DNA of 33,906 nt from the NCBI GenBank assembly GCA_030640985.1, contig DAOWII010000107.1, positions 1 to 33,906 of the forward strand, in the 5' to 3' direction. Within the stretch, counting starts at the first letter, position 1. Each line of letters starts with the position of its first letter. The translations under genes were made by a program, and so were the position numbers. The DNA comes from Chromatiales bacterium. GTDB taxonomy: Bacteria > Pseudomonadota > Gammaproteobacteria > Thiohalomonadales > Thiohalomonadaceae. The notes under the pieces are model-generated. The model was not told the DNA's origin and made no database searches. It saw nothing but the letters and a program-made list of their open reading frames with translations. This document shows, in pieces, positions 20,861-29,788 of the stretch.

Positions 20861-20865
20861 GCACC

Positions 20866-21210
20866 ATGCCTTTACTTAAAATCCAGACCAATCAGATGAT
20901 TGAGCCAGCAACTAACAAGGCTATGCTCACACGGGCCTCACAAACCGTGAGTGAAATGTTGAGCAAACCCGAGGACTACGTAATGGTCAGTCTGGAATCA
21001 AACCCTTCCATGCTGTTTGCTGGCAGTGATGCCCCGCTTGCCTGTCTTGAACTCAAAAGCCTGGGGCTAGCGGAAGATCGTACTACTGAATATTCCAGAG
21101 TCCTGTGCGAATTCATTGAATCTGAGTTAGGGATTCCTCAAGCGCGTATTTATATCGAGTTCAGCAATGGCCAGCGCCACCTCTGGGGTTGGGATAGTCG
21201 CACTTTTTAG
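20866..21210 (+). CDS. MIF / phenylpyruvate tautomerase (PptA-like) family protein
   Basis: 114 aa beginning MPLLKIQTN (catalytic Pro-1 after Met removal). The beta-alpha-beta layout and length are typical of the bacterial MIF-like tautomerase superfamily. Confidence 0.68.
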   Translation: MPLLKIQTNQMIEPATNKAMLTRASQTVSEMLSKPEDYVMVSLESNPSMLFAGSDAPLACLELKSLGLAEDRTTEYSRVLCEFIESELGIPQARIYIEFSNGQRHLWGWDSRTF

Positions 21211-21346
21211 TGCCAGCGCAAGTCACAAAGCCCAATCTGTTATCATCCACCGTAGCAGATATAATACTGTTCAGGAAAAAACACCTGCTACAGTTTACAA
21301 CTATCGTTTCAGAAGCTTTGATTAATTCAGGAAAAGAAAAAACACT

Positions 21347-23059
21347 ATGCGCACATCCCGATACCTCATCTCAACCCTGAAAGAAACCCCCGCAGATGCA
21401 GAAGTTATTAGTCATCAACTGATGTTACGGGCGGGCCTGATCCGCAAGCTGGCTTCAGGACTCTATAGCTGGCTTCCGATGGGGCTACGGGTACTACGTA
21501 AGGTGGAAAATATTGTTCGTGAAGAAATGAACCGCGCCGGTGGCCAGGAAGTATTGATGCCAGCAGTGCAACCTGCCGAGTTGTGGGAAGAATCCGGACG
21601 CTGGGATCAATTTGGCCCAGAACTGCTGCGTATGCATGACCGTCACAATCGCGAGTTCTGTATCGGCCCCACCCATGAAGAGGTGATTACCGATCTCATT
21701 CGCCACGAACTGCGCAGTTACAAACAATTACCGGCCAACTTTTATCAAGTGCAGATGAAATTCCGTGACGAAGTCCGCCCCCGCTTTGGCGTGATGCGCG
21801 CCCGTGAATTCCTGATGAAAGACGCCTATTCCTTTCACATTAATGATGAGTCGCTGGCCGAGACCTACCAGGTAATGTATGACACTTACTCTCGAATCTT
21901 TGACCGCCTTGGTCTTGAGTATCGTGCAGTATTGGCTGACACCGGCGCCATTGGCGGTAAGGCCTCCCATGAATTCCACGTACTGGCGGACTCAGGGGAA
22001 GATGCTATTGCCTTTAGTGACGGCGGTGACTATGCCGCCAATATTGAAAAGGCAGAAGCGGTGGCCCCGACAAACAAACGTGCCGAGGCCGGGCAAGAGA
22101 TACGCACGATAGAGACGCCCCACCAACACACCATTGAAGAGATTAGCGAGTTTCTCACCGTCGATCCGGCTCAAACTGTTAAGACTCTGATAGTCAAGGG
22201 CGAGGAAGATAGCATTGTGGCCCTGGTGCTACGCGGTGACCATGAGTTGAATGAAGTTAAAGTTGAAAAGTTTGAACAAATAGCCACCCCTCTTTGCTTT
22301 GCAACAGATGAAGAAGTACAGGCCGCTACCGGATGTAAACCTGGCTCCATCGGACCCGTGGGTTTACCCATCCCAATGCTGGTTGATCACAGTGCCGCTC
22401 AACTCGCGGACTTTATCTGTGGTGCCAATGAAGAAGGAAAGCATCTCACCGGAGTGAACTGGGAACGCGATCTGCCGGAACCTGTGAGTGTCGATCTACG
22501 CAATATAGTAGAAGGAGATCCCAGTCCCGATGGCAAAGGCACTTTATCAATTAAACGTGGCATCGAAGTGGGCCACATTTTCCAACTGGGCAGCAAATAC
22601 AGTGAAGCGATGGATGCCACAGTGCTGGATGAAACCGGCAGATCAGTGGTGATGACCATGGGCTGTTACGGAATCGGTGTCTCCCGTGTGGTCGCCTCTG
22701 CCATTGAACAAAATCACGACAGCAGGGGTATCATCTGGCCCGATGCCATCGCTCCTTTTCAGATTGCCCTGTTGCCCATTAATTTGAATAAATCTGAACG
22801 CCTGCGTGAAGCAGTAGAAAAACTTTACGCCGAACTTCAGGCCAAAGGTATTGATGTATTGCTGGATGATCGTGGCGAACGCCCGGGGGTAATGTTTGCC
22901 GACATGGAATTAATCGGTATTCCACACCGTCTGGTGTTGAGTGATCGGGGACTGGATGCCGGCACTATCGAATATAAGGGCCGTCGTGACAGTGACAACA
23001 CTGATATCAAACTGGATGAACTGATGGCGTTTCTGGATTCGCGTTTTAACCCGGTCTGA
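21347..23059 (+). CDS. proS: Proline--tRNA ligase (bacterial type with INS editing domain)
   Basis: 570 aa. [44 protein letters not shown], class II motifs ([25 protein letters not shown]; GCYGIGVSR) and a central editing insertion. Confidence 0.97.
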   Translation: MRTSRYLISTLKETPADAEVISHQLMLRAGLIRKLASGLYSWLPMGLRVLRKVENIVREEMNRAGGQEVLMPAVQPAELWEESGRWDQFGPELLRMHDRHNREFCIGPTHEEVITDLIRHELRSYKQLPANFYQVQMKFRDEVRPRFGVMRAREFLMKDAYSFHINDESLAETYQVMYDTYSRIFDRLGLEYRAVLADTGAIGGKASHEFHVLADSGEDAIAFSDGGDYAANIEKAEAVAPTNKRAEAGQEIRTIETPHQHTIEEISEFLTVDPAQTVKTLIVKGEEDSIVALVLRGDHELNEVKVEKFEQIATPLCFATDEEVQAATGCKPGSIGPVGLPIPMLVDHSAAQLADFICGANEEGKHLTGVNWERDLPEPVSVDLRNIVEGDPSPDGKGTLSIKRGIEVGHIFQLGSKYSEAMDATVLDETGRSVVMTMGCYGIGVSRVVASAIEQNHDSRGIIWPDAIAPFQIALLPINLNKSERLREAVEKLYAELQAKGIDVLLDDRGERPGVMFADMELIGIPHRLVLSDRGLDAGTIEYKGRRDSDNTDIKLDELMAFLDSRFNPV

Positions 23060-23086
23060 GCTATGATTCGGGGAGAGGGCAGCACT

Positions 23087-23656
23087 ATGTACCGCACTAT
23101 AAAGTATAGTATTTGTTTTGCTTTGTTGGCGTTATCCAGCGCGATTCATGCTGTTTCACAAACCGAATCTAATCAGCAATTAAAACAGCGCCTGACCCAG
23201 GCGCTGGCTGAACACGAAGGCTTTAGTGACCGTTTCGATGCCGAGGTCTGGCTAACGGATATGACAGCCCGCTTTAAGGGGAATCGACTAAAGGAAGAAG
23301 AGCGTCTCCAATTATTAAAACAGGTCCATCTCGAAGCAACACGGGCAGAACTGGCCCCCGAACTGGTACTTGCTCTTATTGAAGTCGAAAGTAACTTTGA
23401 TCAGTTTGCAATTTCCAGCGCCGGAGCCCAGGGCTTAATGCAAATCATGCCTTTCTGGCTTAAGGAAATAGGTCGGACCGGAGATAATTTATTTAATATC
23501 AGAACTAACCTGCGCATGGGTTGCACCATTTTACGCCATTACCTGGATATAGAAAAAGGCAACATCACCCGCGCCCTCGCCCGTTATAATGGCAGCCTTG
23601 GCAGCTACAGATATCCCAACAAGGTTTTCACAAAACTCCGCAACCGATGGAACTAA
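23087..23656 (+). CDS. Soluble lytic transglycosylase (SLT domain) protein
   Basis: The catalytic block is LIEVESNFDQFAISSAGAQGLMQIMP...YN. The start at 23087 (MYRTIKYSICFALLALSSAIHA, a signal peptide) has gagagg upstream. The track ORF begins at 23063. Confidence 0.85.
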   Translation: MYRTIKYSICFALLALSSAIHAVSQTESNQQLKQRLTQALAEHEGFSDRFDAEVWLTDMTARFKGNRLKEEERLQLLKQVHLEATRAELAPELVLALIEVESNFDQFAISSAGAQGLMQIMPFWLKEIGRTGDNLFNIRTNLRMGCTILRHYLDIEKGNITRALARYNGSLGSYRYPNKVFTKLRNRWN

Positions 23657-23700
23657 TAAAGCTTTAACCCTTTCACTTTTTATTGTGTCCCGGCCTGTTT

Positions 23701-24078
23701 TTACTCCATCCATTCAAAAAACTTTGGCAAAACCACAATGGCAATCAGGGTTGCCATGATTACATCCCGATCAATGCTCCATGACTCCAGCATTTCGGTG
23801 GGAAGGTTGGCCCCGACACTCAGACTCACCACCAACACTATTAATGCCAAATTACGATAGATGATAAGCCCGGTAATCACCCAGGCAGCCAGTGCAGCCT
23901 TAAGATAATCAGGCTCCAGTCCAAGATGTGCGATATAACTCTCAGGAAGATTAATCCCGATACTCATAAACAAAACCAGAAAAACCAGGAAAAACCTCAT
24001 GCCCACCTCCATTTCAGGAAACAACATGATTTCCTGCATATCCTTTATCCGTTCTCCAGCTGATGTCATCAGCATCAC
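23701..24078 (-). CDS. Small hypothetical integral membrane protein (3-4 predicted TM helices)
   Basis: The ORF has strongly hydrophobic segments (FFLVFLVLFMSIGI, AAWVITGLIIY, LALIVLVVSLSVGA, IMATLIAIVVL). I recognise no family. The true start may be an internal Met, for example 24000. Confidence 0.5.
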   Translation of the reverse strand: MMLMTSAGERIKDMQEIMLFPEMEVGMRFFLVFLVLFMSIGINLPESYIAHLGLEPDYLKAALAAWVITGLIIYRNLALIVLVVSLSVGANLPTEMLESWSIDRDVIMATLIAIVVLPKFFEWME

Positions 24079-24218
24079 ATCACTCCGGAGAACCTCTGAT
24101 TAAAGATAGCCACTGGTGGACTCAAAGCAAGTAAGAATATGATTGACGGAAAATAACATAGTGAAGCGGGAAAGATCGGATATCAGAAGGACAAGGATCG
24201 GGGCGTTCATCATCCAAA

Positions 24219-24258
24219 TAAAAAAGGCGGCCCTCTTTACCGAAAAGAAAGGCCGCCC
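24219..24258 (-). terminator. Rho-independent terminator after the DUF4389 gene
   Basis: The minus strand reads GGCGGCC-tttcttttcggtaaagag-GGCCGCC-tttttta. It starts about 30 nt downstream of the stop at 24287. Confidence 0.6.
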
Positions 24259-24286
24259 ATAACTGTTTGCTGAGACTGATATATAA

Positions 24287-24682
24287 CTATGCTTCACCGG
24301 CCTCTGATGCAGAACCCTGGCCAGATTTCCCCTTGGGTTTGGCTTTTGGTTTCGCTTTTGGCTTGGGTATGGCATTTTCCTTTGGTTTTGCCGCTTTTTC
24401 ACCCTGTGCTTTTTTAGGCCATTCACCGAAAGGATAAGGCTTCTCTTCTGAGTTGAAACCCAGGAAGCGAACAACCTCATAGATATAGCTAGCAATATTC
24501 TGGCTCAATTCCAGCAGGCGATCATTGGTATTGCCCGTGAATAGTTTGGTGCCAAACTGAAATAGCACCACAATGGTTAACACAATCTCTGCAATACCAT
24601 AGAGCACGCAAAATAGCAGCATGTACAGGCCACGGATCCAGGTACTGCCCGATTTAAGGTTTTCCTTCATTTGTTCTTCCAC
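24287..24682 (-). CDS. DUF4389 domain-containing membrane protein with a Lys/Pro-rich C-terminal tail
   Basis: GTG start with AAGGAG 8 nt upstream. W-I-R-G-L-Y-M-L-L-F ... Q-F ... F-T-G ... L-x-x-x-S ... Y-P-F-G-E-W-P matches the DUF4389 pattern as I recall it. The tail is KPKENAIPKPKAKPKAKPKGK. Confidence 0.68.
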   Translation of the reverse strand: MEEQMKENLKSGSTWIRGLYMLLFCVLYGIAEIVLTIVVLFQFGTKLFTGNTNDRLLELSQNIASYIYEVVRFLGFNSEEKPYPFGEWPKKAQGEKAAKPKENAIPKPKAKPKAKPKGKSGQGSASEAGEA

Positions 24683-24788
24683 AGTAATTCTCCTTACATG
24701 CTTAATTATTTCGACTTAGTACGAAGCTGCCTTCATCATTCAATGATAGATCATACCACTGTTTGACTATGCCACTACACAATCAGCT

Positions 24789-25508
24789 TCAATATGCCCG
24801 TGCCCAGGCAGGCACCCGTTCGCCGGCCTTGCGCAGGCTCCTGTCGTAGTGTGCATAATCGGGCATTTTTTCCGCCACCAACTGCCAATAGCGTGGGGAA
24901 TGATTCATGTGTACCGTGTGGCACAACTCGTGGACCAACAAGTAGCGCACCATCTCCGGTGGCAAAAACAACAGACGGTAATTAAGACTAATGCTCTTTC
25001 GAGAAGAGCAACTTCCCCAGCGAGTCTTTTGCCCACGTATGCTTACCTTCCCGTATGGCAGTTGCAACTCACAGCTAAGGGTGTCCAGGAGCGGCACCAG
25101 ATGTTCGCGAGCCTTGCGGGCCAACCACCGCTGTAGTGGTAAAAGCCAGTCATGCTCACCGGCGGTTACACACAGCTCCCCATGGGTTAACCGACACCGG
25201 CGGGCACCGGGGTTGTCACGGTACCGCACTGGCCATTGCTCATTCACTGCAGGCAATTCAATCAGCTCTGGCCTTACTCGAGCGACCTTTTGCCGGGCAG
25301 CAGCCACATCAAGCGTGCGCACCAACCAGTCACGCTGCTTTTCCAGAATAGCGGGCAATTGACGTTGATCGAAGCCATGAGGTACCACCACCTCCACTTC
25401 GGCCGAAGGTAAAATCCGTAGCCGTACATACCTGACGCGCGAGCTGATCCGTAGTTTTATTTCGATGGACTCAGCACCACTAAGCCGAAACAACCGGCTC
25501 TCATCCAT
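24789..25508 (-). CDS. DUF45 (YgjP-like) / M48-family zinc metallopeptidase
   Basis: C-terminal signature TRWGSCSSRKSISLNYRLLFLPPEMVRYLLVHELCHTVHMNHSPRYWQLV (HExxH). The start is uncertain: ATG at 25508 (MDESRLFRL), or an upstream GTG at 25586 as in the track. Confidence 0.75.
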   Translation of the reverse strand: MDESRLFRLSGAESIEIKLRISSRVRYVRLRILPSAEVEVVVPHGFDQRQLPAILEKQRDWLVRTLDVAAARQKVARVRPELIELPAVNEQWPVRYRDNPGARRCRLTHGELCVTAGEHDWLLPLQRWLARKAREHLVPLLDTLSCELQLPYGKVSIRGQKTRWGSCSSRKSISLNYRLLFLPPEMVRYLLVHELCHTVHMNHSPRYWQLVAEKMPDYAHYDRSLRKAGERVPAWARAY

Positions 25509-25657
25509 CGTGTTTGCCCTATTATTGGCAAGGCTTTTTCTGAAGGGTTTACTCAGGAACATCCCAGGAAGGATAACAGTGAACACTGACTATCGTCAGT
25601 AGTATGAAGATAAAAACTATAGGTTTGTAGAAGATTAGACCCGTCGAACCTTTCCGT

Positions 25658-25996
25658 TTATATGGCTAGACTCTTGCTTTCGTGTCCATATTCAGCAACA
25701 CAGTAGTCCTCAGCCTGCGGGACCAGCAGATTCACGGCATCATTGAAATTATAACCGTAAAACTCTTTTACATAGTTGTGTACATCATCCAGCCCTTGCT
25801 GCTCCAGTTTCAGATCTTCCAACACAGCACGAGCCAAATTGCAGCACTCCCGTTCAGGCATACCCATGGTGAAGACCCTGCCGTCCTGGCGAAAGCCCAC
25901 TCTAAGCATACCCTTACGAATTTCATTGAAAACCTGTTTTATCTCTTCGTGACGACGGTTTTCATAGCTTAACTGAACAACAATTCCGTATCGCAT
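25658..25996 (-). CDS. Hypothetical small protein, possibly VapD/Cas2-like fold
   Basis: The assignment is by eye only. MRYGIVVQL..., a helix ending RVGF, DGRVFTM, a second helix and VKEFYGYNFNDAVNL parallel the VapD layout (MYAxAFDL...GF..QGSVY...IRAF..E.FSDF). An alternative upstream start is at 26053. Confidence 0.4.
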   Translation of the reverse strand: MRYGIVVQLSYENRRHEEIKQVFNEIRKGMLRVGFRQDGRVFTMGMPERECCNLARAVLEDLKLEQQGLDDVHNYVKEFYGYNFNDAVNLLVPQAEDYCVAEYGHESKSLAI

Positions 25997-26104
25997 CGTT
26001 CCATGTCCTGGATAGTATTCTGTCAATCTAGCAGTCAAATCAGGGGATAACATTGACTAATGTCACGTTTCTACATAAAGAACCAGATGTATTAGAATAA
26101 CCCT

Positions 26105-26890
26105 ATGCACAAATATGGAGGCACCATTATTCACACCAGCCGTGATGAACATGGCCTGATTGAGGTTGTAGAGAACCGGGTTCAACGCTCGCTACACTTT
26201 GGCTCTGAGCCCAAACAAAGCAGTATGCTGCTCCATGACCCATTGCGACTGGCACTCTCTTATACCCGCGCTATGTTGTCAGCCCTGCTACTTATAGACA
26301 TTCCGAAACGCATTTTGATTATAGGGCTCGGCGGGGGCTCCATGGCCAAATTTCTGTTTCATCACTTTCCACAGAGTCATATCGATGCGGTGGAATATCG
26401 GGAAAATGTAATGACACTGGCTCATGCCTATTTTCAATTGCCCCAGGACTCTCGCCTGACGACACATATTCAAGATGCTGGCGATTTTGTCTACTGTACC
26501 GATCCCGCAGCATACAACGAATATGACCTGATTCTAGTGGATGCCTATGATGCCGAGGATATGTCTTTCGCTGTATCGGGCCAACACTTTTACCAGGCTT
26601 GTCAGCAGCGTTTATCCCCCACTGGGGTGCTGGCCACTAATTTGTGGGCAAATGGCTCTATTAATATCAAGGACACCTTCAAAGCACTGAAAAAAAGTTT
26701 TTCCGGCAGTATATTCCAGCTACCCATCACAGAAAAAGATAATGTCATTGCTATCGCAAGCAATCAAACCATTAATTATCGCCAATTACGCCCCATGGAG
26801 GCCAGGGCAAAAAACCTGGAGACCCAGATGAATATCGAGTTTCCCGCTTTCCTGCGCACCCTGAAAAGTATCAAGCGCCAATGGTTCTAA
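26105..26890 (+). CDS. Spermidine synthase-like (PABS / class I methyltransferase-fold) protein
   Basis: 261 aa. The Rossmann motif is ILIIGLGGGSMAKFL, with the acidic loop DAVEYRENV and DLILVDAYD, as in short speE-like proteins. Confidence 0.72.
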   Translation: MHKYGGTIIHTSRDEHGLIEVVENRVQRSLHFGSEPKQSSMLLHDPLRLALSYTRAMLSALLLIDIPKRILIIGLGGGSMAKFLFHHFPQSHIDAVEYRENVMTLAHAYFQLPQDSRLTTHIQDAGDFVYCTDPAAYNEYDLILVDAYDAEDMSFAVSGQHFYQACQQRLSPTGVLATNLWANGSINIKDTFKALKKSFSGSIFQLPITEKDNVIAIASNQTINYRQLRPMEARAKNLETQMNIEFPAFLRTLKSIKRQWF

Positions 26891-27213
26891 GCCTGTTTTC
26901 ACTATCCAGTGATATTCCATCAAAAAAAACATAATTATTTTTTATCTAGATCATCAGCTGAATCATTACTATATCCAGACGGCTTCACATAAATGTAAAT
27001 ACTTAAACTTCCGCTCCAAGTCTTTACCACTGTTAACAATAATTTACCCCAGTGCAGCCTCGGAGAGGCTATATCTATAGTAAAACACTTGGTTTTATGG
27101 TTTCATAACTACCGTTTATCCCGTCGGGCACGAATTTTTCCATAAACAAGGGTTTCACTTTTTAATTTATTAGTCTAGGTTTATAGGTTCCAGTGTCCAC
27201 TGACAGTGGGTGG

Positions 27214-27239
27214 AAGAGCGCGGATCCTGTTGCGCTCTT
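27214..27239. other. Strong hairpin in the long leader (AAGAGCGC-ggatcctgtt-GCGCTCTT)
   Basis: 8 bp perfect GC-rich stem with a 10 nt loop containing a GATC. Read directly. No U-run follows on either strand. Confidence 0.5.
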
Positions 27240-27347
27240 AAGTAAGGAGTAGGGCTGTCGTAGAAAGTGCAACGTTGGAAATATCACACAGATTACCGGA
27301 TTTGATAATTCAGGTTTCACATTAACCAGACTTAGGGAGAGATAACC

Positions 27348-27674
27348 ATGATCAAGGAAACGTCTGCAAACGAAAATGGCAGGATAAATATTATGCTCAA
27401 CTATGGCCCACTGGGTCTGGTGAGAGCCACTACCCATCATATTCATGTCGATGGCATGAGCATTGATACGGGAAATATCAGCCTGCCCTGTCATTCAGAA
27501 GTTGAGGTGACCTTGTCATTCCGCAAAGGGAACAAGCTTTTTGTTCACCAAATAGACGCCCTGGTTACAGATACCTCTCAGGACAAAACTCAACTGAGCT
27601 TTACTAATCTTCAAGAAGAAGCCATACCTGAACTAAAAGCTGTACTGGAATCCAAACTCCCGACTTACCAGTAG
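27348..27674 (+). CDS. Small PilZ-like beta-barrel protein lacking the RxxxR motif
   Basis: 108 aa with RBS agggagag. VDGMSIDTGNISLPCHSEVEVTLSF...LFVHQIDALVTDTSQDKTQLSF resembles the PilZ D/NxSxxG strand pattern, but there is no N-terminal RxxxR. The assignment is tentative. Confidence 0.45.
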   Translation: MIKETSANENGRINIMLNYGPLGLVRATTHHIHVDGMSIDTGNISLPCHSEVEVTLSFRKGNKLFVHQIDALVTDTSQDKTQLSFTNLQEEAIPELKAVLESKLPTYQ

Positions 27675-27712
27675 CCCTCTAAATCTAAAGTACTCAAAAT
27701 AAGTAGTGCTCT

Positions 27713-27750
27713 AAAAAGCCCGGTAGACGAAATACCGGGCTTTTTATTTT
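27713..27750. terminator. Bidirectional Rho-independent terminator between the PilZ-like gene and ilvD
   Basis: aaaaa-GCCCGGT-agacgaaat-ACCGGGC-tttttatttt, with an A-run and a T-run flanking a 7 bp GC stem. Confidence 0.8.
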
Positions 27751-27759
27751 CCACGAACC

Positions 27760-29604
27760 TTATAGCTGGCTGACGTCTCTTACTGCTCCCCTGGAAGCGC
27801 TGGTAGTCAGTGCCGCATAGGCCTTAAGCGCATTGGAGACCACCCGTTGACGATCCACCGGCTTCCAGGCTTTATCGCCTTTAGCATCCATGGCCTGTCG
27901 GCGCCGAGCCAGGGTCTCATCGGATACAGCTACCCCAATGACACGTTTGGGAATATCGATCTCAATGGTATCGCCTTCTTCCACCAAAGCAATGGCACCA
28001 CCTTCCGCGGCCTCCGGCGAAGCGTGTCCAATAGAAAGGCCGGAGGTTCCACCTGAGAAACGACCATCGGTGATCAGGGCGCAGGCCGCACCTAGTCCCT
28101 TGGATTTCAGGTAAGTAGTGGGGTAGAGCATCTCCTGCATACCCGGTCCGCCCCGTGGCCCTTCGTAGCGGATCAGCACTACATCCCCGGGTTTGATTTT
28201 ATCTGCAAGAATGGCCTCTACTGCAGCATCCTGACTTTCAAAAATACGGGCCGGACCGGAGAAGGTGAGGATGCTCTCATCAACACCGGCGGTTTTCACC
28301 ACACAACCCTCTTCGGCAATATTGCCGTAAAGTACCGCCAGGCCACCGTCCTTACTATAGGCATGGGCCATATCGCGGACACAGCCATTTTCCACATCCA
28401 GATCCAGGCTCGGCCAGCGCTTGTCCTGACTAAAGGCCTGCTGAGTCGGCACATTGCCCGGCCCGGCAAGGAAGAATTTCTTCACCTCCGCATCATCGCT
28501 GCGCCGAATATCATACTTATCCAGGGCCTCGGCCATGGTGGCGCTATGCACCGTTGGTAAGTCGGTATGCAACAAACCACCCCGCTCCAGTTCACCCAGG
28601 ATGCGGAACACGCCACCGGCACGATGTACATCTTCCATGTGATACTTCTGGGTGGACGGGGCCACCTTGCACAGGTTGGGTACCTTGCGGGAAAGTCGGT
28701 CGATGTCATCCATAGTGAAGTTCACCTCACCTTCCTGGGCTGCGGCCAGCAGATGCAGGATGGTATTAGTGGAACCGCCCATGACAATATCCAGACTCAT
28801 GGCATTTTCAAAGGCCTCGAAGGTAGCGATGGAACGGGGCAATGCCGACGCATCATCCTGCTCGTAATAGCGCCTCGCCAAATCCACGATACGTCGCCCT
28901 GCTTCCAGGAACAGGTTCTCACGATCCGCATGGGTAGCCAGCATCGAACCGTTGCCGGGCAGGGACAGCCCCAATGCCTCGGTCAGGCAGTTCATGGAGT
29001 TAGCGGTAAACATACCGGAGCAGGAGCCACAGGTAGGACAGGCGGAACGCTCCATGGTCAGCACCTCTTCATCACTCTTTTTATCATCCGCCGCCGAGAC
29101 CATGGCATCCACCAGATCCAGATGCACTTCCTGACCATCGATGATGGCCTTGCCCGATTCCATGGGCCCACCGGATACAAAAATAACCGGGATGTTCAGG
29201 CGCAGAGCCGCATTGAGCATTCCGGGAGTGATCTTGTCACAGTTGGAGATGCACACCAGCGCGTCGGCACAATGGGCATTCACCATGTACTCCACCGCAT
29301 CGGAGATGATTTCCCGCGAAGGCAGAGAATAAAGCATGCCGCCATGACCCATGGCGATGCCATCGTCCACCGCAATAGTATTAAACTCTTTGGCGACACC
29401 ACCAGCCTTTTCAATCTCCCTCGCCACCAGTTGCCCCATGTCCTTAAGGTGTACGTGACCCGGCACAAACTGGGTGAACGAATTGGCGATAGCGATGATA
29501 GGCTTATTGAAGTCATCATCTTTCATGCCGGTGGCGCGCCACAGGGCGCGGGCGCCGGCCATGTTACGGCCGTGGGTGGTAGTACGTGAACGATACTCGG
29601 GCAT
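27760..29604 (-). CDS. ilvD: Dihydroxy-acid dehydratase
   Basis: 614 aa. [26 protein letters not shown], the CDKITPGM Fe-S ligand motif, and [16 protein letters not shown]. Confidence 0.97.
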   Translation of the reverse strand: MPEYRSRTTTHGRNMAGARALWRATGMKDDDFNKPIIAIANSFTQFVPGHVHLKDMGQLVAREIEKAGGVAKEFNTIAVDDGIAMGHGGMLYSLPSREIISDAVEYMVNAHCADALVCISNCDKITPGMLNAALRLNIPVIFVSGGPMESGKAIIDGQEVHLDLVDAMVSAADDKKSDEEVLTMERSACPTCGSCSGMFTANSMNCLTEALGLSLPGNGSMLATHADRENLFLEAGRRIVDLARRYYEQDDASALPRSIATFEAFENAMSLDIVMGGSTNTILHLLAAAQEGEVNFTMDDIDRLSRKVPNLCKVAPSTQKYHMEDVHRAGGVFRILGELERGGLLHTDLPTVHSATMAEALDKYDIRRSDDAEVKKFFLAGPGNVPTQQAFSQDKRWPSLDLDVENGCVRDMAHAYSKDGGLAVLYGNIAEEGCVVKTAGVDESILTFSGPARIFESQDAAVEAILADKIKPGDVVLIRYEGPRGGPGMQEMLYPTTYLKSKGLGAACALITDGRFSGGTSGLSIGHASPEAAEGGAIALVEEGDTIEIDIPKRVIGVAVSDETLARRRQAMDAKGDKAWKPVDRQRVVSNALKAYAALTTSASRGAVRDVSQL

Positions 29605-29714
29605 GTCGTTTCCTTAGGATTCAGGCTTAACTGTAAAACACCCGATTATACGACTATCAGCGCAAAAGATAACCATCCCTTTGCTTGAACTATGGGTATA
29701 ACTCCACCAGGCAC

Positions 29715-29735
29715 AAAAAAGCCCCTGTTCGGGGC
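29715..29735 (-). terminator. Rho-independent terminator after the small secreted-protein gene
   Basis: The minus strand reads GCCCC-gaaca-GGGGC-tttttt, about 55 nt downstream of the stop at 29789 and upstream of ilvD. Confidence 0.6.
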
Positions 29736-29788
29736 TGGGGTATGAATTGCCTAGAATTATAGAGTGATAGCTCACCCGTTCCAGTAGG

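Noticed and set aside
24100-24495. A 131 aa minus-strand ORF overlapping the DUF4389 tail, and the 110 aa ORF at 27162-27494.
   Set aside because: The first is an alternative frame of the Lys/Pro-rich repeat region and runs across the terminator. The second overlaps the RBS and start of the PilZ-like gene in AT-rich spacer. Neither has motifs or an RBS.
24735-24747. The palindrome ATCATTcAATGAT as a Fur box.
   Set aside because: The half-sites are in the opposite arrangement to the 7-1-7 Fur consensus (TGATAATnATTATCA). The best linear alignment to the 19-mer needs a 1 nt insertion. I kept it only as a generic operator-like palindrome.
25630-25660. A tRNA-like GGTTCGA T-loop motif on the minus strand between the VapD-like and DUF45 genes.
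   Set aside because: The flanking bases do not form a T-stem, and no acceptor or anticodon arms can be drawn. It is a chance heptamer.
26891-27347. A c-di-GMP riboswitch in the leader of the PilZ-like gene.
   Set aside because: I could not find the conserved GEMM-I/II core sequences or the paired tetraloop/receptor architecture. Only generic hairpins are present, and a covariance-model scan would be needed to exclude it formally.
28567-29589. A 340 aa ORF on the + strand.
   Set aside because: It is antisense to ilvD, whose identity is unambiguous, and shows no motifs. The same reasoning applies to 11058-11621, 5555-5944, 6851-7354, 30258-30809 and the + strand ORFs at 469-1062 inside guaB.
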